DNA from: Planktothrix sp. GU0601_MAG3 | GTDB taxonomy: Bacteria; Cyanobacteriota; Cyanobacteriia; Cyanobacteriales; Microcoleaceae | Assembly (NCBI GenBank): GCA_035193785.1 | Contig: CP136572.1 | Location: 32,001-96,000 of the forward strand | Length of the DNA: 64,000 bases | Reading direction: 5' to 3' | Shown here: positions 62,500 to 64,000 of the stretch, piece by piece | Layout: each line of letters begins with the position of its first letter | Position numbering within the stretch: the first letter of the stretch is position 1 | Made by a program: the position numbers and the translations under genes | Notes under the pieces: generated by a model | What the model was told of the DNA's origin: nothing | What the model saw: the letters and a program-made list of their open reading frames with translations, nothing else | Databases searched by the model: none

Positions 62500-62690
62500 G
62501 GGTTCGATGGTTGAGTTAAACGTTCAATAGAATACTTGATTTATTATTATAAACCTTCTGGGGACAAATTCAACAAATTTAATTTAAACCTTATTGGGAT
62601 ACAATCAATGTGGTGTGAGCGTCCTCGCTCGCCAGTTATCACCTAACAGTTTATAAACGCTCACAAAACATACTATATTTGAGTTAAAAT

Positions 62691-63720
62691 ATGGATAATT
62701 CTCTTAAAATCGCAGATTTGTTTTCGGGAATCGGTGGGTTAAGACTTGCTTTTGAAAAAGCAGATTATCAATGTGTTTATTCTTGCGAAAAAGATCCCGC
62801 TTGTCAATCGGTTTATTTTAACAATTTTGGAGAACAGCCAGAGGCAGATATTACTAAAATTGATTATAAGAATCTTCCTAAATTTGATGTATTAACCGCT
62901 GGATTTCCCTGTCAACCCTTTAGCATTTGTGGAAAACGCCAAGGGTTTCAAGATACCAGAGGAAACCCTATTTTTTCATATTTGTGAAATTATAGAAATC
63001 CATCATCCCCGGGTTGTTGTTTTAGAAAATGTTAAACATTTGTTACATCATAATCAGGGAAAAACTCTCAAGACTATTTTATATTCTTTAGAAGATTTGG
63101 GCTATGCTGTGGATTATAAATTATTGAATGCTAAAGACTTTGGACTTCCGCAAAATCGAGAGCGCGTAATTATTGTAGCTTGCAAAGATCAAAAATTTTC
63201 TTTCTCAAAATTGCCCCGGGTTTATCCTGTCCCGAAATTAAGGGATTTTTTAGATTACAAGGGAAAATTTGAATACTTAAACCCAGAAGAATATACGTTA
63301 ATTGAGGGTTACAAACAGCAGTTATCGGGTCTAATTTTTGTGGGATATCGCAATAAGAATATCTGGAAAAAAGGGATTAGACCCAATACAGAACATTTAT
63401 CTAGGGTACATCATCAACCGAATCGAATTTACTCCATTGATGGGGTACATCCCACTATTCCATCCCAGGAAACATCGGGACGTTTCTTTATTTATATTCC
63501 CGAAGAAAATCGAGTTCGTAAGTTAACTATCCAAGAATGTTATAGAATTATGGGGTTTCCTGATACGTTTAAATTGCATCCTAATTTGGGAGAATGTTAT
63601 AAACAAATTGGTAATTCTGTTTGTATTCCTCTATTTCAAGAACTAGCAATACAAATTAGAGAGCAAATTTTTTGTGCTTTTGATCATCAGTATTTATCTG
63701 GAATTGGATCAATATACTGA
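62691..63720 (+). CDS. DNA (cytosine-5)-methyltransferase; apparent +1 error at 62962-62966
   Basis: DLFSGIGG, GFPCQPFS, ENV, QNRER, R..GFP, YKQIGNSV. Confidence 0.94.
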
Positions 63721-63833
63721 TTAATATTCTTTACCATGATCAATATAGCAAAAAAACAGATGTAGCTGTTTTAGATATGCGCTGAAGCGCAACAACGGTA
63801 ATTATTTTATAGCTGGTATTCCAGATTTATCTC

Positions 63834-64000
63834 TTACCAATCAGGAGGTAAACCGTGTAATTCTAACATTTCTTCATCTTGTAATAATTCCTGAGTTGGA
63901 CGCTCTACAACAATTTTTCCCTGAGCTAAAATCAAGGATCTATCGGTAGTTTTTTTAATCCAATTCAGATCATGGGAAGCAATTAATATTACTTCTAAGG
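63834..64000 (-). CDS. 3' end of an ECF/CbiO-type ABC ATPase (partial)
   Basis: LEVILIASHDLNWI...ILAQGKIV...LLQDEEMLELHGLPPDW*. Confidence 0.75.
   Translation of the reverse strand, partial: LEVILIASHDLNWIKKTTDRSLILAQGKIVVERPTQELLQDEEMLELHGLPPDW

Overview
This is core chromosome of a filamentous cyanobacterium: the HIP1 octamer GCGATCGC is frequent, and there are cyanobacterial heptamer and REP-like repeats. Gene style suggests Oscillatoriales, probably Planktothrix (inference). It holds about 50 mostly housekeeping genes (clpC, polA, plsX-fabH-fabD, recF, modA-modBC, rnb-rpsR-rpmG, acsF, sdhB, moeA, ychF) and a minus-strand 16S-tRNA-Ile-tRNA-Ala-23S operon with no 5S gene. The main observation concerns 24 small-insertion frameshifts in 21 genes, many of them essential. 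Every one is repaired by shortening GAAAC/GTTTC (twice GAAAAC/GTTTTC) back to GAAC/GTTC, while longer homopolymers elsewhere stay in frame. GAAC/GTTC is the classic Dnd phosphorothioate motif. The errors therefore look like a sequencing footprint of a DNA modification system whose genes are not in this window. Other items: a GIY-YIG protein lacking the usual catalytic Arg/Glu and fused to an unnamed Trp/Pro-rich domain; an orphan Zn-binding/ParE-like gene; an IS200/IS605-type end overlapping the start codon of a PEP-CTERM gene; three deletion remnants (rimI, Uma2, Ser/Thr kinase); nested REP elements; and a solitary C5 methyltransferase. All product calls come from motif recognition by eye; no searches were run.
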